NCBI RefSeq assembly: GCF_001458695.1
Contig: NZ_LN885086.1
Location: 60,001-92,000 of the forward strand
Length of the DNA stretch: 32,000 nucleotides
Source of the DNA: Candidatus Nitrospira inopinata
GTDB taxonomy: Bacteria > Nitrospirota > Nitrospiria > Nitrospirales > Nitrospiraceae
Reading direction: 5' to 3'
Position numbers and translations under genes: made by a program. Positions 17,362-27,103 of the stretch are shown piece by piece (positions within the stretch are counted from its first letter, which is position 1; every line of letters begins with the position of its first letter). The notes under the pieces were generated by a model. The model was not told where the DNA came from. It saw nothing but the letters and a program-made list of their open reading frames with translations, and did not search any database.

Positions 17362-19226
17362 AACGGCTCCGAGGTCGCTCCAATCCGCTCTGTGGCGGGA
17401 GCAGCCGTCGCGCCCGCCGACTGCCCCTCATTCAGCTTGAAATAGGCCTCGATGACTTCCTTCGCCAGAGGAGCCGCGGCAGATCCGCCGTGCCCCATGT
17501 GCTCGACCAACACGGCGACCGCGATCTTCGGCGACTCGACCGGAGCAAAGGCGATGAACCACGCGTGATCGCGGAACTTTTTGGGAATCGATTCCTGCGG
17601 TCCCGTTCGAAGCGCCGCGACCTGCGCCGTCCCCGTTTTCCCGCCGATCGTCACGACGGACGATTTCGCCCTCGTGGCCGTCCCGACTTTGACGACGTCG
17701 GCCAGCGCTTCTTTGATGAGGCGAAACGTTTCGGGTTTCGCGTTGATTTTTCCCCGTGGAACCGCCGGCAACTCTTGCAAATTGCCGGTAATCCGATCCA
17801 TCACCGCCAGCACCAGGCGCGGTCGATAATTGACGCCGTCATTGGCGACGGTGGCGATCAAGTTGGCCATTTGCAGGGGCGTCACCGTCACGTATCCCTG
17901 ACCGATCGCCACGGAAATGGTTTCGCCGGGCAGCCACGGTTCTTTCTTCACCTTTTTTTTCCACGCGGTCGACGGCATGATGCCGGCCCGCTCGGAAGGC
18001 AAATTCACGCCGGTGCTTTGTCCAAGTCCGAATTCCTTGCCGAATTCGGCCATCAGATCGATGCCCATGCGCTGGCCGACGGTGTAAAAGTACACGTCGC
18101 ACGAGTGCACGAGGGCGCTGTGCAGATTGACCGCTCCGTGCCCGTTCACTTTCCAATCGCGGAAAATCCGGTTCCCGAACTGGTAGCCGCCGTTGCAGGT
18201 CACGGTGCTGAACGGCGAGACGGTTTTCGACTCCAGCGCGGCCACCGCCATCGGCACTTTGAACGTGGAGCCCGGAGGGTATTGTCCCTGGGACGCGCGG
18301 TTGTTCAGAGGGCGCCCTTCGTCCTGGACGATTTCGACCCATTGTTTGGGAGTCAGCTCGCGCGAGAGCACGTTCGGATCGAAGGCCGGACGGCTGGCCA
18401 TGGCCAAAATGTCGCCGTTAGTCGGGTCCAAGGCCACGATGGCGCCGTACTCACGACCCAGCAGCTCCTCCGCGAGCTTCTGCAACCGAACGTCGATCGT
18501 GAGGTAGAGATCGTTCCCCGCCTGAGGCGTCTCCACCACAACGGCCTTCTTTTCATGACCGTGGGCGTCGACCTCGACTCGTTTAGACCCGGCTTGGCCG
18601 CGCACGTACCGGTCAAAGGACTTCTCGATCCCGTACTGGCCGACGATACTGCCCTGATGAAGATCGGAAAACTCCGGCTTCTCCAGTTGTTCGGCCGATA
18701 CCTCCCCGACGTAGCCCAGCAAATGAGACGCCGTCACCCCGCCGGGATAGTTTCGCTGCGATTCGACCTGGATCATGACGCCGGGCAGGTCCAGACGGTG
18801 CGACTCGATCAGCACGGCGTCGCGAAGCGTCAACCGATCCTTGATTTTGCGCGGCAACAGTTTTCCGCCCTTTCCCCCCAATTTCTTACGAATGAACGCC
18901 GGATCCAGTTCCAGCAAATCGGACAATTTCTCGATCAACGCCTCCCGATCCCTCACCTCATCCAACGCGACATACAAACTGAAACTCGGAACATTGTTCG
19001 CCAGAAGCACGCCGTGCCGATCATAAATCAACCCGCGGGCCGGTTCCATCAAGACTTGCCTGGTTCTGTTGTTCTCCGAGAGATCACGGTAGTAGGCTCC
19101 TTCTCGGATCTGCAAATGCCACAGCCGCAGCGCCAGCAGGGCCACCACCAAGAGCAAGCCCATTCGAAGAATAATGAGGCGGCGTTGGAAATCGCCGTAC
19201 TCCGCTTCCGAATAACTTCCCAGCAC
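17358..19226 (-). CDS. mrdA: Penicillin-binding protein 2 (elongasome transpeptidase MrdA)
   Basis: PBP dimerisation and transpeptidase domains, with SxxK (PPGSTFKV), SxN (HSC...) and KTG (GGKTGTAQ). The start is uncertain. I prefer GTG 19226, which has AGGAG 8 nt upstream and lies immediately after the mreD stop. The alternative ATG 19286 overlaps mreD by 49 nt. The 699-aa track ORF (to 19457) is over-extended. Confidence 0.85.
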   Translation of the reverse strand: MLGSYSEAEYGDFQRRLIILRMGLLLVVALLALRLWHLQIREGAYYRDLSENNRTRQVLMEPARGLIYDRHGVLLANNVPSFSLYVALDEVRDREALIEKLSDLLELDPAFIRKKLGGKGGKLLPRKIKDRLTLRDAVLIESHRLDLPGVMIQVESQRNYPGGVTASHLLGYVGEVSAEQLEKPEFSDLHQGSIVGQYGIEKSFDRYVRGQAGSKRVEVDAHGHEKKAVVVETPQAGNDLYLTIDVRLQKLAEELLGREYGAIVALDPTNGDILAMASRPAFDPNVLSRELTPKQWVEIVQDEGRPLNNRASQGQYPPGSTFKVPMAVAALESKTVSPFSTVTCNGGYQFGNRIFRDWKVNGHGAVNLHSALVHSCDVYFYTVGQRMGIDLMAEFGKEFGLGQSTGVNLPSERAGIMPSTAWKKKVKKEPWLPGETISVAIGQGYVTVTPLQMANLIATVANDGVNYRPRLVLAVMDRITGNLQELPAVPRGKINAKPETFRLIKEALADVVKVGTATRAKSSVVTIGGKTGTAQVAALRTGPQESIPKKFRDHAWFIAFAPVESPKIAVAVLVEHMGHGGSAAAPLAKEVIEAYFKLNEGQSAGATAAPATERIGATSEPL

Positions 19227-19237
19227 GAGAACGACTC

Positions 19238-19738
19238 CTACGTCCGATATTCCGCCATCCAACGCTCCACGTTGAATCGACTCCATGCGACCCAGTAGAG
19301 CGCACCGCCCACCAGCGCGTCCAAAACTCCTTGGGGCAGCACGACGGTCCGAAGCGCCCACCACAGGTCCTGCTGACCGTTGAGCGCCAGCAAGGATGCC
19401 GTCGCCGATCCCGCCGAGCACGAGAAGAAAAAGATCCCCAGCATGAGCATCGGCCACGAGAAATACACGACGTGACGTCCCGCGAAACCGGCCGCGTATC
19501 CCACGGCGCCCTTGACCCCCATGGCCACAACGGGATCAATGGCCGAGAACAGACTCATGACCCATCCCAGCGTCAAACCCACCAACAGCCCTTGACGCTC
19601 GCCTCCCAATAAACCGGCGAGACAGGCCGCAACCAACGCGATGTCCGGCATCACACCCGCAATCTTCACATGAGGCAGCAAAACGGATTGCAGGGGGACC
19701 ATCAGGGCGATGAGGGCGGACCACACCAGCACGTTCAT
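19238..19738 (-). CDS. mreD: Rod shape-determining protein MreD
   Basis: 166-aa hydrophobic protein between mreC and mrdA. Its ATG overlaps the mreC stop (ATGA). Confidence 0.8.
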   Translation of the reverse strand: MNVLVWSALIALMVPLQSVLLPHVKIAGVMPDIALVAACLAGLLGGERQGLLVGLTLGWVMSLFSAIDPVVAMGVKGAVGYAAGFAGRHVVYFSWPMLMLGIFFFSCSAGSATASLLALNGQQDLWWALRTVVLPQGVLDALVGGALYWVAWSRFNVERWMAEYRT

Positions 19739-20613
19739 GATTTGGGCTTCACCTTTGGCGCGCCGAGGCGTTCCCCTTCGCTGGGAACGGCCAGGGATTG
19801 AATCACCAGCACTTCTTCGACGTGCTCGCCGTCCACTTCCGGAACCAACTCGGCCGACAGAAACAATCCCTCGTCTTCCTTGTGGATGGCGGTGATGGTT
19901 CCAAGGGCCAACCCTTTGGGAAATCCCCCCACGAGCCCGGACGTCACGACCCGATCGCCCGGCCGCGCGTCCGACAACATGGGAATATATTTCAGCCGCG
20001 CCGATCCGTTGGAGGTTCCTTCGACAATCCCCTCGTCTCTCGTCCGCTGCACCAACCCTGCAATGGCGTTGTTGGGGTCCGTCACCAGCAGCACCACCGA
20101 CGTCGCGCTCGTGGTCTTGACGATACGCCCCACGACGCCGGCCGGTGTCATCACGCCCATGTCCGGACGGAGACCGTCCGCTTCCCCCTTGTTCAAAATG
20201 ATCGTTCGATACCAGTTTCCCGTATCACGGCCGATGACCTGCGCTGCGATCGTCGCCCCCCCCATTTGCTGCTTGAAATCCAACAGGGCGGCGAGACGGT
20301 CGGTCGCGGCGGCGGCCTCCCGAAGTTGACTGTTCTGCCCTTTGAGATATTCGAGTTCTTTCCGCAGTGCTCTGTTTTCGGCTTCCACCGTCCGCAACGC
20401 GACGTACCCGGCCCACAGATCGGCGATGCCGTCGCTGACGCCGGCCACGGCGCGGAGGGGCCAGCTCACAACCCACCCGACGGGACTCCCGGCCCGTTGG
20501 AACAGGCCCTGGAGTTGGGCGGGCAAAAGAAGGAAACCGACCAGAAGCACGACGGCCAGGATGATGACCAGCCGCCCCGTATTGTACGGTGTGCGAAAAT
20601 TGACCATCCGCAT
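19735..20613 (-). CDS. mreC: Rod shape-determining protein MreC
   Basis: 292 aa. Membrane anchor, coiled-coil (ENRALRKELEYLKGQNSQLRE), and beta-barrel domains with the typical GLVGRIV and SGLGGxFPxGL-like motifs (VVTSGLVGGFPKGLALG). Confidence 0.9.
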   Translation of the reverse strand: MRMVNFRTPYNTGRLVIILAVVLLVGFLLLPAQLQGLFQRAGSPVGWVVSWPLRAVAGVSDGIADLWAGYVALRTVEAENRALRKELEYLKGQNSQLREAAAATDRLAALLDFKQQMGGATIAAQVIGRDTGNWYRTIILNKGEADGLRPDMGVMTPAGVVGRIVKTTSATSVVLLVTDPNNAIAGLVQRTRDEGIVEGTSNGSARLKYIPMLSDARPGDRVVTSGLVGGFPKGLALGTITAIHKEDEGLFLSAELVPEVDGEHVEEVLVIQSLAVPSEGERLGAPKVKPKS

Positions 20614-20627
20614 CGCGGGATGGAACC

Positions 20628-21728
<1,101 letters not shown>

Positions 21729-21751
21729 TCACCATTTTTGAAGCTGAATCG

Positions 21752-22210
21752 TCACTCCGGGACCGTCAATCGCCCGGCATCCAACACCTGCGTTCGCGCC
21801 ACCTCGTCGCCGAGGCGACGACCTTGTTCGTTCCCGATAATCAACAGGCTCTCAAACGCCACGATCGCCAACGACGCGAGCCACCCCACCCAGGGAATCG
21901 CAAACGCAATCTGCGCGCAGCCCAACGGCAAGTTTCGAACGATCGATTCCTTGAACCCGACAGGCCCCCGACCGTCCACCCGAATCGTTTCGAGACCGAC
22001 CAACCGCTTGCCGATGCTCTTCCCGCCCGCAAAGCCGTCCGCAATCAAAAGGTAGGCCAAGCCCGAAAGAAACCCGACCGGCGAAGCCATTTCATTTGCG
22101 GCGGCGACAATGAACAGATCGATGAGCTTGGCAATGAACCGGTTCAGAACGTGGGCCTTCGGATAGACCGCCTGTTCCGGAAACTGGGAGGTCAGCCCCT
22201 CGCCTGTCAA
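21752..22210 (-). CDS. RDD-family membrane protein
   Basis: RDD-domain features are present (NRFIAKLIDLFIV..., GKSIGKRLVGLETI, RRLGDEVARTQV). I prefer TTG 22210 as the start (152 aa). It has AAAGGAG 5 nt upstream, and the further-upstream part of the track ORF (to 22312) is AT-rich with T-rich third positions, unlike the coding sequence here. The start is uncertain. Confidence 0.65.
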   Translation of the reverse strand: MTGEGLTSQFPEQAVYPKAHVLNRFIAKLIDLFIVAAANEMASPVGFLSGLAYLLIADGFAGGKSIGKRLVGLETIRVDGRGPVGFKESIVRNLPLGCAQIAFAIPWVGWLASLAIVAFESLLIIGNEQGRRLGDEVARTQVLDAGRLTVPE

Positions 22211-22234
22211 GGAATCTCCTTTAAAACTATCGGC

Positions 22235-22263
22235 AATATAACAAAAACCGCCATCCCGCACAA
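22235..22263 (-). promoter_or_regulatory. Candidate sigma70 promoter (TTGTGC-N17-TATATT) for the RDD gene
   Basis: Minus strand: -35 TTGTGC at 22263..22258, a 17-nt spacer, then -10 TATATT at 22240..22235. This is about 25 nt upstream of the preferred TTG start. Motif only. Confidence 0.3.
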
Positions 22264-22453
22264 ACAAAGACCGTTCTTTCTGTCCACGCGGCTTGCGCCT
22301 ATGCGATTGCACCCTTCGATTCCAAGCCAGAAGAGCGGCGGTGCCGCTCCCGACGGCTTTTTTCCTTCTTGATTCCCCCCATCATCCGAAAGAGCTCGAC
22401 ATCGGCACGTTTCTCGTTTCTATTGTGTGCTTCCTCCCCTCTTTTTTGTCGTC

Positions 22454-22483
22454 TTGTCTTGATGCCCGCCGCGCAAGTACAAT
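22454..22483 (+). promoter_or_regulatory. Candidate sigma70 promoter (TTGTCT-N18-TACAAT) for the PpiD-like gene
   Basis: Plus strand: TTGTCT at 22454..22459 and TACAAT at 22478..22483, about 34 nt upstream of the ATG at 22517. Motif only. Confidence 0.35.
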
Positions 22484-22516
22484 GGTTTTCTTGGCCCTGA
22501 ATGAAAGAGGTTTGGA

Positions 22517-23215
22517 ATGATTAAGACCATACGCGACGCCGCCCACAACTATCCGTGGCTTCTCAAATCGATCATGGGCATTTTGGCCATCGCGTTCGTC
22601 ATCACCATGGGATGGTGGGGTTTCGGCGAGCAATCGACCAACGCCGTCGCGACGGTCGGAGACCTGACCGTCTCGCGCGACGAATTCCGGCGCGCCTATG
22701 AGCTGATGTACCGCGCGTACAAAGAAAGAGGCGGCGGAGACTTAAACGACGAAACCTTCAAACAATTGGTGATCGATCAACTGGTGGAGAATCGGCTGTG
22801 GGTGATCGCCGCTCAGGAGATGGGCATTACCGTGTCGGACACGGACCTTCGCGAAATGATCCTGCAAATTCCCGATTTCCAAAAAAACGGGGCGTTCGAT
22901 CCCGATCTCTACCGTCGTCTCCTCGCGGCCAATCACTGGACCCCCGCGGCCTTCGAGGCCGCTCAGAAACAAGAACTCTTGGCCGGCAAGGCGAGGATGG
23001 TCGTCCGCAACTCCGTCGCCCTCACCCCCGCCGAGCTGACGGAGGGGCAAGCCTTGACAACGCGAGCCCAAGGCGCCGAGCCTCCCGACTTCCTGGGAGG
23101 CAGAGACCGCGCCGTGCAAGACATGCTGTTGCAGAAACAACAGCGCGCGTTGTCGGCGTATCAGGATGCCCTTAAGGCCAAGATCCCGGTCAAAATCCGC
23201 CGAGAACTGCTCTAG
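22517..23215 (+). CDS. SurA N-terminal-domain / PpiD-like periplasmic chaperone, short form with no parvulin domain visible
   Basis: 232 aa, with AGAGG 6 nt upstream. N-terminal membrane anchor (WLLKSIMGILAIAFVITMGWW), then a PpiD/SurA-N-like region (VATVGDLTVSRDEFRRAYE..., QLVIDQLVENRLWVIAAQEMGITVSDTDLREMI, FQKNGAFDPDLYRRLL). Confidence 0.7.
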   Translation: MIKTIRDAAHNYPWLLKSIMGILAIAFVITMGWWGFGEQSTNAVATVGDLTVSRDEFRRAYELMYRAYKERGGGDLNDETFKQLVIDQLVENRLWVIAAQEMGITVSDTDLREMILQIPDFQKNGAFDPDLYRRLLAANHWTPAAFEAAQKQELLAGKARMVVRNSVALTPAELTEGQALTTRAQGAEPPDFLGGRDRAVQDMLLQKQQRALSAYQDALKAKIPVKIRRELL

Positions 23216-23385
23216 CCGCTGCGGGAACAAGACCGGTCTGACTCACTCTCCTGACAAACAAGGAAGTGCCCTGCTCGCCTCCTGTCAACATCGGCCCTTC
23301 CCTCGGTTCTTCCCGCCGCTCACCGCAAGTCACGCTCTTTCTCCTCCACGATATGGGCCACCGCCCATCATTCCATCATTGTCGG

Positions 23386-24405
23386 CTAAAGAATCAACAT
23401 CGCGTCGCCGTAGCTGTAGAAACGATACCGTTCCTTGACCGCCTCTTCGTAGGCGCGGCGAATCAATTCGACGCCGGCAAAGGCCGAGACCAACATGAGC
23501 AGAGTGGTCTTCGGAAGGTGAAAATTGGTCATAAGCGCGTCGACGGCCTGAAATTGAAAACCCGGTGTAATAAACAGATGGCTTTCCCCCTCGGCGGGGA
23601 TGATCTTTCCCCGTTCCCGCGCAACAGTCTCCAACGTCCGCACCACGGTCGTGCCGACCGCCACGACCCGTCGACCGGCTTGCTTCGTCCGCATGACGGC
23701 TTCGGCCGCTTTCTCGCCCACCTTGAATACCTCTCCGTCCATCCGATGATCTTCAATTCGCTCCGTCACGACGGGCTTGAAGGTCCCCGGGCCGACGTGC
23801 AGCGTGACCGTCACCACGCGAATGGCCCGCTCCGCCAAACGGGCGAGCAGGTCCTCCGTAAAGTGCAAGCCGGCCGTCGGAGCCGCAATCGCGCCCTGGT
23901 GAGCGGCAAAGACCGTTTGATACCAGCCATGGTCCTCGATCCCGGGACGCCGTTTGATATAGGGCGGGAGCGGCATTTCACCGCATGCTCCCAACAGTTG
24001 GACGACGGAAATCGGACTCTCCACCTTCACAGCCGTACCCGCGGCATCGCGCTTCAGAATCGTCGCCCGGGCTTCTCGATCAAACTCGATTACCTGCCCG
24101 ACGCGGAATGTCCCCTTGATCATCACCTCCCACACGTTGCCGCCGAGATCCTTGACGAACAACACTTCGACCGACGTGCCGGTCGGCAGTTTTTTGCCCC
24201 GCATCCTGGCCGGCAGAACCTTCGTATCGTTCACGACCAACAGATCGCCGGGATCAAGCAAGGACGGAAGATCGGCGACGCGGAGATGAGAGAATCGGCC
24301 GGTTTGTCGATCAAGCACCAGCAGCCTCGCGCGATCGCGCGGCACGACGGGTTGCAACGCGACGAGCGACGGGTCGAACGGGAAATCGAATTCCGAGAGC
24401 TGCAT
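23386..24405 (-). CDS. queA: S-adenosylmethionine:tRNA ribosyltransferase-isomerase QueA
   Basis: Start at ATG 24405 (MQLSEFDFPFDPSLVALQPVVPRDRARLLVL...), overlapping the upstream stop as TGATG; 339 aa. Motifs LLVVNDTKVLPARM, PLPPYIKR, AAPTAGLHFT and YRFYSYGDAMLI. The 481-aa track ORF is an over-extension. Confidence 0.95.
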   Translation of the reverse strand: MQLSEFDFPFDPSLVALQPVVPRDRARLLVLDRQTGRFSHLRVADLPSLLDPGDLLVVNDTKVLPARMRGKKLPTGTSVEVLFVKDLGGNVWEVMIKGTFRVGQVIEFDREARATILKRDAAGTAVKVESPISVVQLLGACGEMPLPPYIKRRPGIEDHGWYQTVFAAHQGAIAAPTAGLHFTEDLLARLAERAIRVVTVTLHVGPGTFKPVVTERIEDHRMDGEVFKVGEKAAEAVMRTKQAGRRVVAVGTTVVRTLETVARERGKIIPAEGESHLFITPGFQFQAVDALMTNFHLPKTTLLMLVSAFAGVELIRRAYEEAVKERYRFYSYGDAMLIL

Positions 24406-25658
24406 CAAAAAGCGGGCGCCGCCACAACCGGAGGAACCGGGGGAGCCTTGGTCAATGACGCGTTGCGCAACTCCGTTCCCGGATAGTAATAACGGAGGAT
24501 GCTGGAGTACGAATAGCCCAACTCGGCCAGTTCCTTGGCCCCCCATTGGCAAAGACCGACCGCGTGACCGGCGCCGTAGCCGGAAAGGACGATCTCCTCG
24601 CCGAACGAATCGATGGTGAACTGCGTGCTGGGCACGACCGTATAGCCTACGGCCTTGCGAAGCTCCTCTCCGCGCAGGATCAGCTCGCCTTTGGAATGCA
24701 CAATTCGCAGCGTGGCCACGCGGCCCGAACGGCTGTAGGAAAGGGGCGTCAACGCGGCGATCGCCCCCACGTCGAATCCCTGCCGGCGCAGATTCTGCTC
24801 CAACGTTTCGACCTTGAACGAGGCTTTCCATTGAAAATACGGAGACTCAAGGTCGAACGGGCATTCGACGCCCTTCAAATACGGCAGGTCTTTCGACCAG
24901 ACGACCGCGGCGTCTTCCGTGAGGCCGGCGGCCGTCGAAGAAAAGGCGGCGTAGATCGGCGCATCTTCGTAGGTGACGACTTCTCCCTTCGTGGAATCGA
25001 CCGCCTGTTCGACGCGCGCGTCGACGCCTCGGCGGCCTCGATACACTTGATCCTGCGTGCCGGCCGCCACGTCATAATCGCGCGAACCGCTCAGCATATG
25101 GTGATACAGGGCATAGGTTCTGGCCGCGACGGCCTGCGCCTTGAGCATTTCAGGATGCCACGAGGAATTGACTTCTCCGGGAAGGACTCCTTTGACGTAC
25201 TCTTCGAGATCGACGTGATTGACGACGAGCAGCCCGTTCCCACGACCGATCACCTGCACCAGCCCCCTGATTTGCCACGCCGGGGGCCCATCGGCATGAC
25301 GGGCGGCAGAACGGGAGGACGTCTTGGCGTCATGATCGCCCTGCTTCGGCAACCAGATCGCCAGATCCTGTTTTCCCGCGCGCAAGGTCACCTGTTCACC
25401 GTCGACGCGGGTTCCGTTGACGAACAGCCCAGAACCGCGTCTCTCGATGCGAATCCTTGCGTTGCGATAGGACCGCGCCATGCCGCGCTCATCCGTCACC
25501 CACAACAGAGGGGTCGTGCGCACTTCGAGCTGCCGGACCTCCGCCGCCAATAACACACGGATCGCCGGCGCGGCATAGGCCGAAGAAGCCGCGATATCCA
25601 GCGCCCCCGCGGCCAGCCCGACAACGCCGAGCAAGCACGATCGAAACGGTTGTTTCAT
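24405..25658 (-). CDS. SpoIID/LytB-domain protein (peptidoglycan lytic transglycosylase-like amidase enhancer)
   Basis: Start taken at ATG 25658, which forms an ATGA overlap with the DUF2905 stop (MKQPFRSCLLGVVGLAAGALDIAASSAYA signal peptide). ATG 25673 is also possible. SpoIID core motifs are present: LEEYVKGVLPGEVNSSWHPEMLKAQAVAARTYAL, DVAAGTQDQVY, HAVGLCQWGA. Confidence 0.85.
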   Translation of the reverse strand: MKQPFRSCLLGVVGLAAGALDIAASSAYAAPAIRVLLAAEVRQLEVRTTPLLWVTDERGMARSYRNARIRIERRGSGLFVNGTRVDGEQVTLRAGKQDLAIWLPKQGDHDAKTSSRSAARHADGPPAWQIRGLVQVIGRGNGLLVVNHVDLEEYVKGVLPGEVNSSWHPEMLKAQAVAARTYALYHHMLSGSRDYDVAAGTQDQVYRGRRGVDARVEQAVDSTKGEVVTYEDAPIYAAFSSTAAGLTEDAAVVWSKDLPYLKGVECPFDLESPYFQWKASFKVETLEQNLRRQGFDVGAIAALTPLSYSRSGRVATLRIVHSKGELILRGEELRKAVGYTVVPSTQFTIDSFGEEIVLSGYGAGHAVGLCQWGAKELAELGYSYSSILRYYYPGTELRNASLTKAPPVPPVVAAPAF

Positions 25659-25921
25659 CGTCGAAAGAGCCATCCCAGGACGTAGAACAACAGGCTCAAA
25701 ACCACGCTCAAGACGATGCTGGTGCCCAGGGGGAAATAAAAACTGAAATTCTCGCGCTTATACGAGAGGTCACCGGGTAATTTGCCGAGCCAACCGAACA
25801 GACTTCCCAGCCCGGCAATGCGATCGACGGCGACGAGCAGCACGCCGACTCCCACGATCAGGAGACCGATCCCGATCATCAGCTTGCCGATCGCCGTCCA
25901 TTCAGGCATCTCAGGCGGCAC
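25655..25921 (-). CDS. DUF2905-family small membrane protein
   Basis: 88 aa with a GTG start, AAGGAGGG 7 nt upstream. Two TM helices flank the conserved LPGDLSYKRENFSFYFPLGTSIVLSVVLS segment typical of DUF2905. Confidence 0.75.
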   Translation of the reverse strand: MPPEMPEWTAIGKLMIGIGLLIVGVGVLLVAVDRIAGLGSLFGWLGKLPGDLSYKRENFSFYFPLGTSIVLSVVLSLLFYVLGWLFRR

Positions 25922-26064
25922 GCCTCATCCCTCCTTGAAGACAGCCTCGGCCTCGGCGCGCTCATCAGGGTTTCACCCTCGCTCTTGCGCTCTTGCCGCG
26001 CACCGAGATCCCTTGCTCTTCCACAGGGCCGAGCGGGCCTCACGGCGGCCGTTCCCGCCTTTTG

Positions 26065-27084
26065 TCACCGAATCAGGCATTCGGCGATTTGAATGGCGTT
26101 CAGCGCCGCTCCCTTTCGCAAATTGTCCGACACGACCCAGAGATTGAGCCCGTGCTCAATCGAGCGATCTTCTCGCACTCGGCCGATATACACCTCGTCT
26201 TTTCCCGTGGCGTCCAGCGGCATCGGGTAGAGTTTCTTCCCCGGATCGTCGAAGACGACCACGCCCGGCATGGCGGCCAACAGGGCCCTTGCCTCGTTGG
26301 CGCTCAACGGTTTCTCCAATTCGACGTTGATCGCTTCGGAGTGGCAGCGCAGCACCGGCACTCGCACGGTCGTCGCCGTCACGCGGAGCGACGGCGCTCC
26401 GAGAATCTTTCTGGTTTCCATCACGATCTTCACTTCTTCCGAACAGTCGCCGCCGTCGTTGAACGAACCAATCTGAGGCAGCAGGTTGAAGGCGATCTGA
26501 TGGGGATACACCTTCGTTTCCACTTCGCGAAAGGCCAACAACGCCTTGGTTTGATCCATCAGCTCATCCATCGCCGCGGCGCCGGTCCCCGAGACGGACT
26601 GAAACGTCGTCACCACCACGCGCTTGACGCCCACGGCGTCATGAATCGGTTTCAGCGCCATCACCAGGGGAGTCGTGGTGCAGTTGGGAATCGACACAAT
26701 GCCTCGCGGCATCGCTTCCAATGCACGGGCGTTCACTTCGGGCACGACCAATGGAACGTCCGGATCCATTCGAAACACGGCGCTGTCGTCGATCACCACG
26801 ACGCCGGCGGCGCCGAGCCTTTGGCCGTATTCGCGACTGATCGCGTCGGTCGCCGAGATCAGCGCAAGATCGACGTCGGCGAAGGACGACTCGGGCGTCA
26901 GTTCCTCGACTTTCCACTCCTTGCCCTGGCACGACAACGTCTCGCCCGCCGACCGTCGGGACGCGAAGAGCCGGAGCGACTCCAGAGGAAATTTCCGCTC
27001 TTCCAGAATCTCCAACGTTTCTTTCCCCACCGCGCCGGTCGCCCCAAGGATCGCCATCACATATGCAGATTTGTCCTTCAGCAT
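26065..27084 (-). CDS. asd: Aspartate-semialdehyde dehydrogenase
   Basis: 339 aa. NAD(P)-binding motif ILGATGAVG, active-site IPNCTT, and the short-form Asd C-terminus (SDNLRKGAALNAIQIAE). Confidence 0.95.
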   Translation of the reverse strand: MLKDKSAYVMAILGATGAVGKETLEILEERKFPLESLRLFASRRSAGETLSCQGKEWKVEELTPESSFADVDLALISATDAISREYGQRLGAAGVVVIDDSAVFRMDPDVPLVVPEVNARALEAMPRGIVSIPNCTTTPLVMALKPIHDAVGVKRVVVTTFQSVSGTGAAAMDELMDQTKALLAFREVETKVYPHQIAFNLLPQIGSFNDGGDCSEEVKIVMETRKILGAPSLRVTATTVRVPVLRCHSEAINVELEKPLSANEARALLAAMPGVVVFDDPGKKLYPMPLDATGKDEVYIGRVREDRSIEHGLNLWVVSDNLRKGAALNAIQIAECLIR

Positions 27085-27103
27085 GGAGCCCTTCTTTTTT
27101 GTA

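Noticed and set aside
17490-19298. 602-aa plus-strand ORF
   Set aside because: It is antisense to mrdA (PBP2). The composition is Arg/His/Gln-rich, with no motifs and no SD. A shadow ORF.
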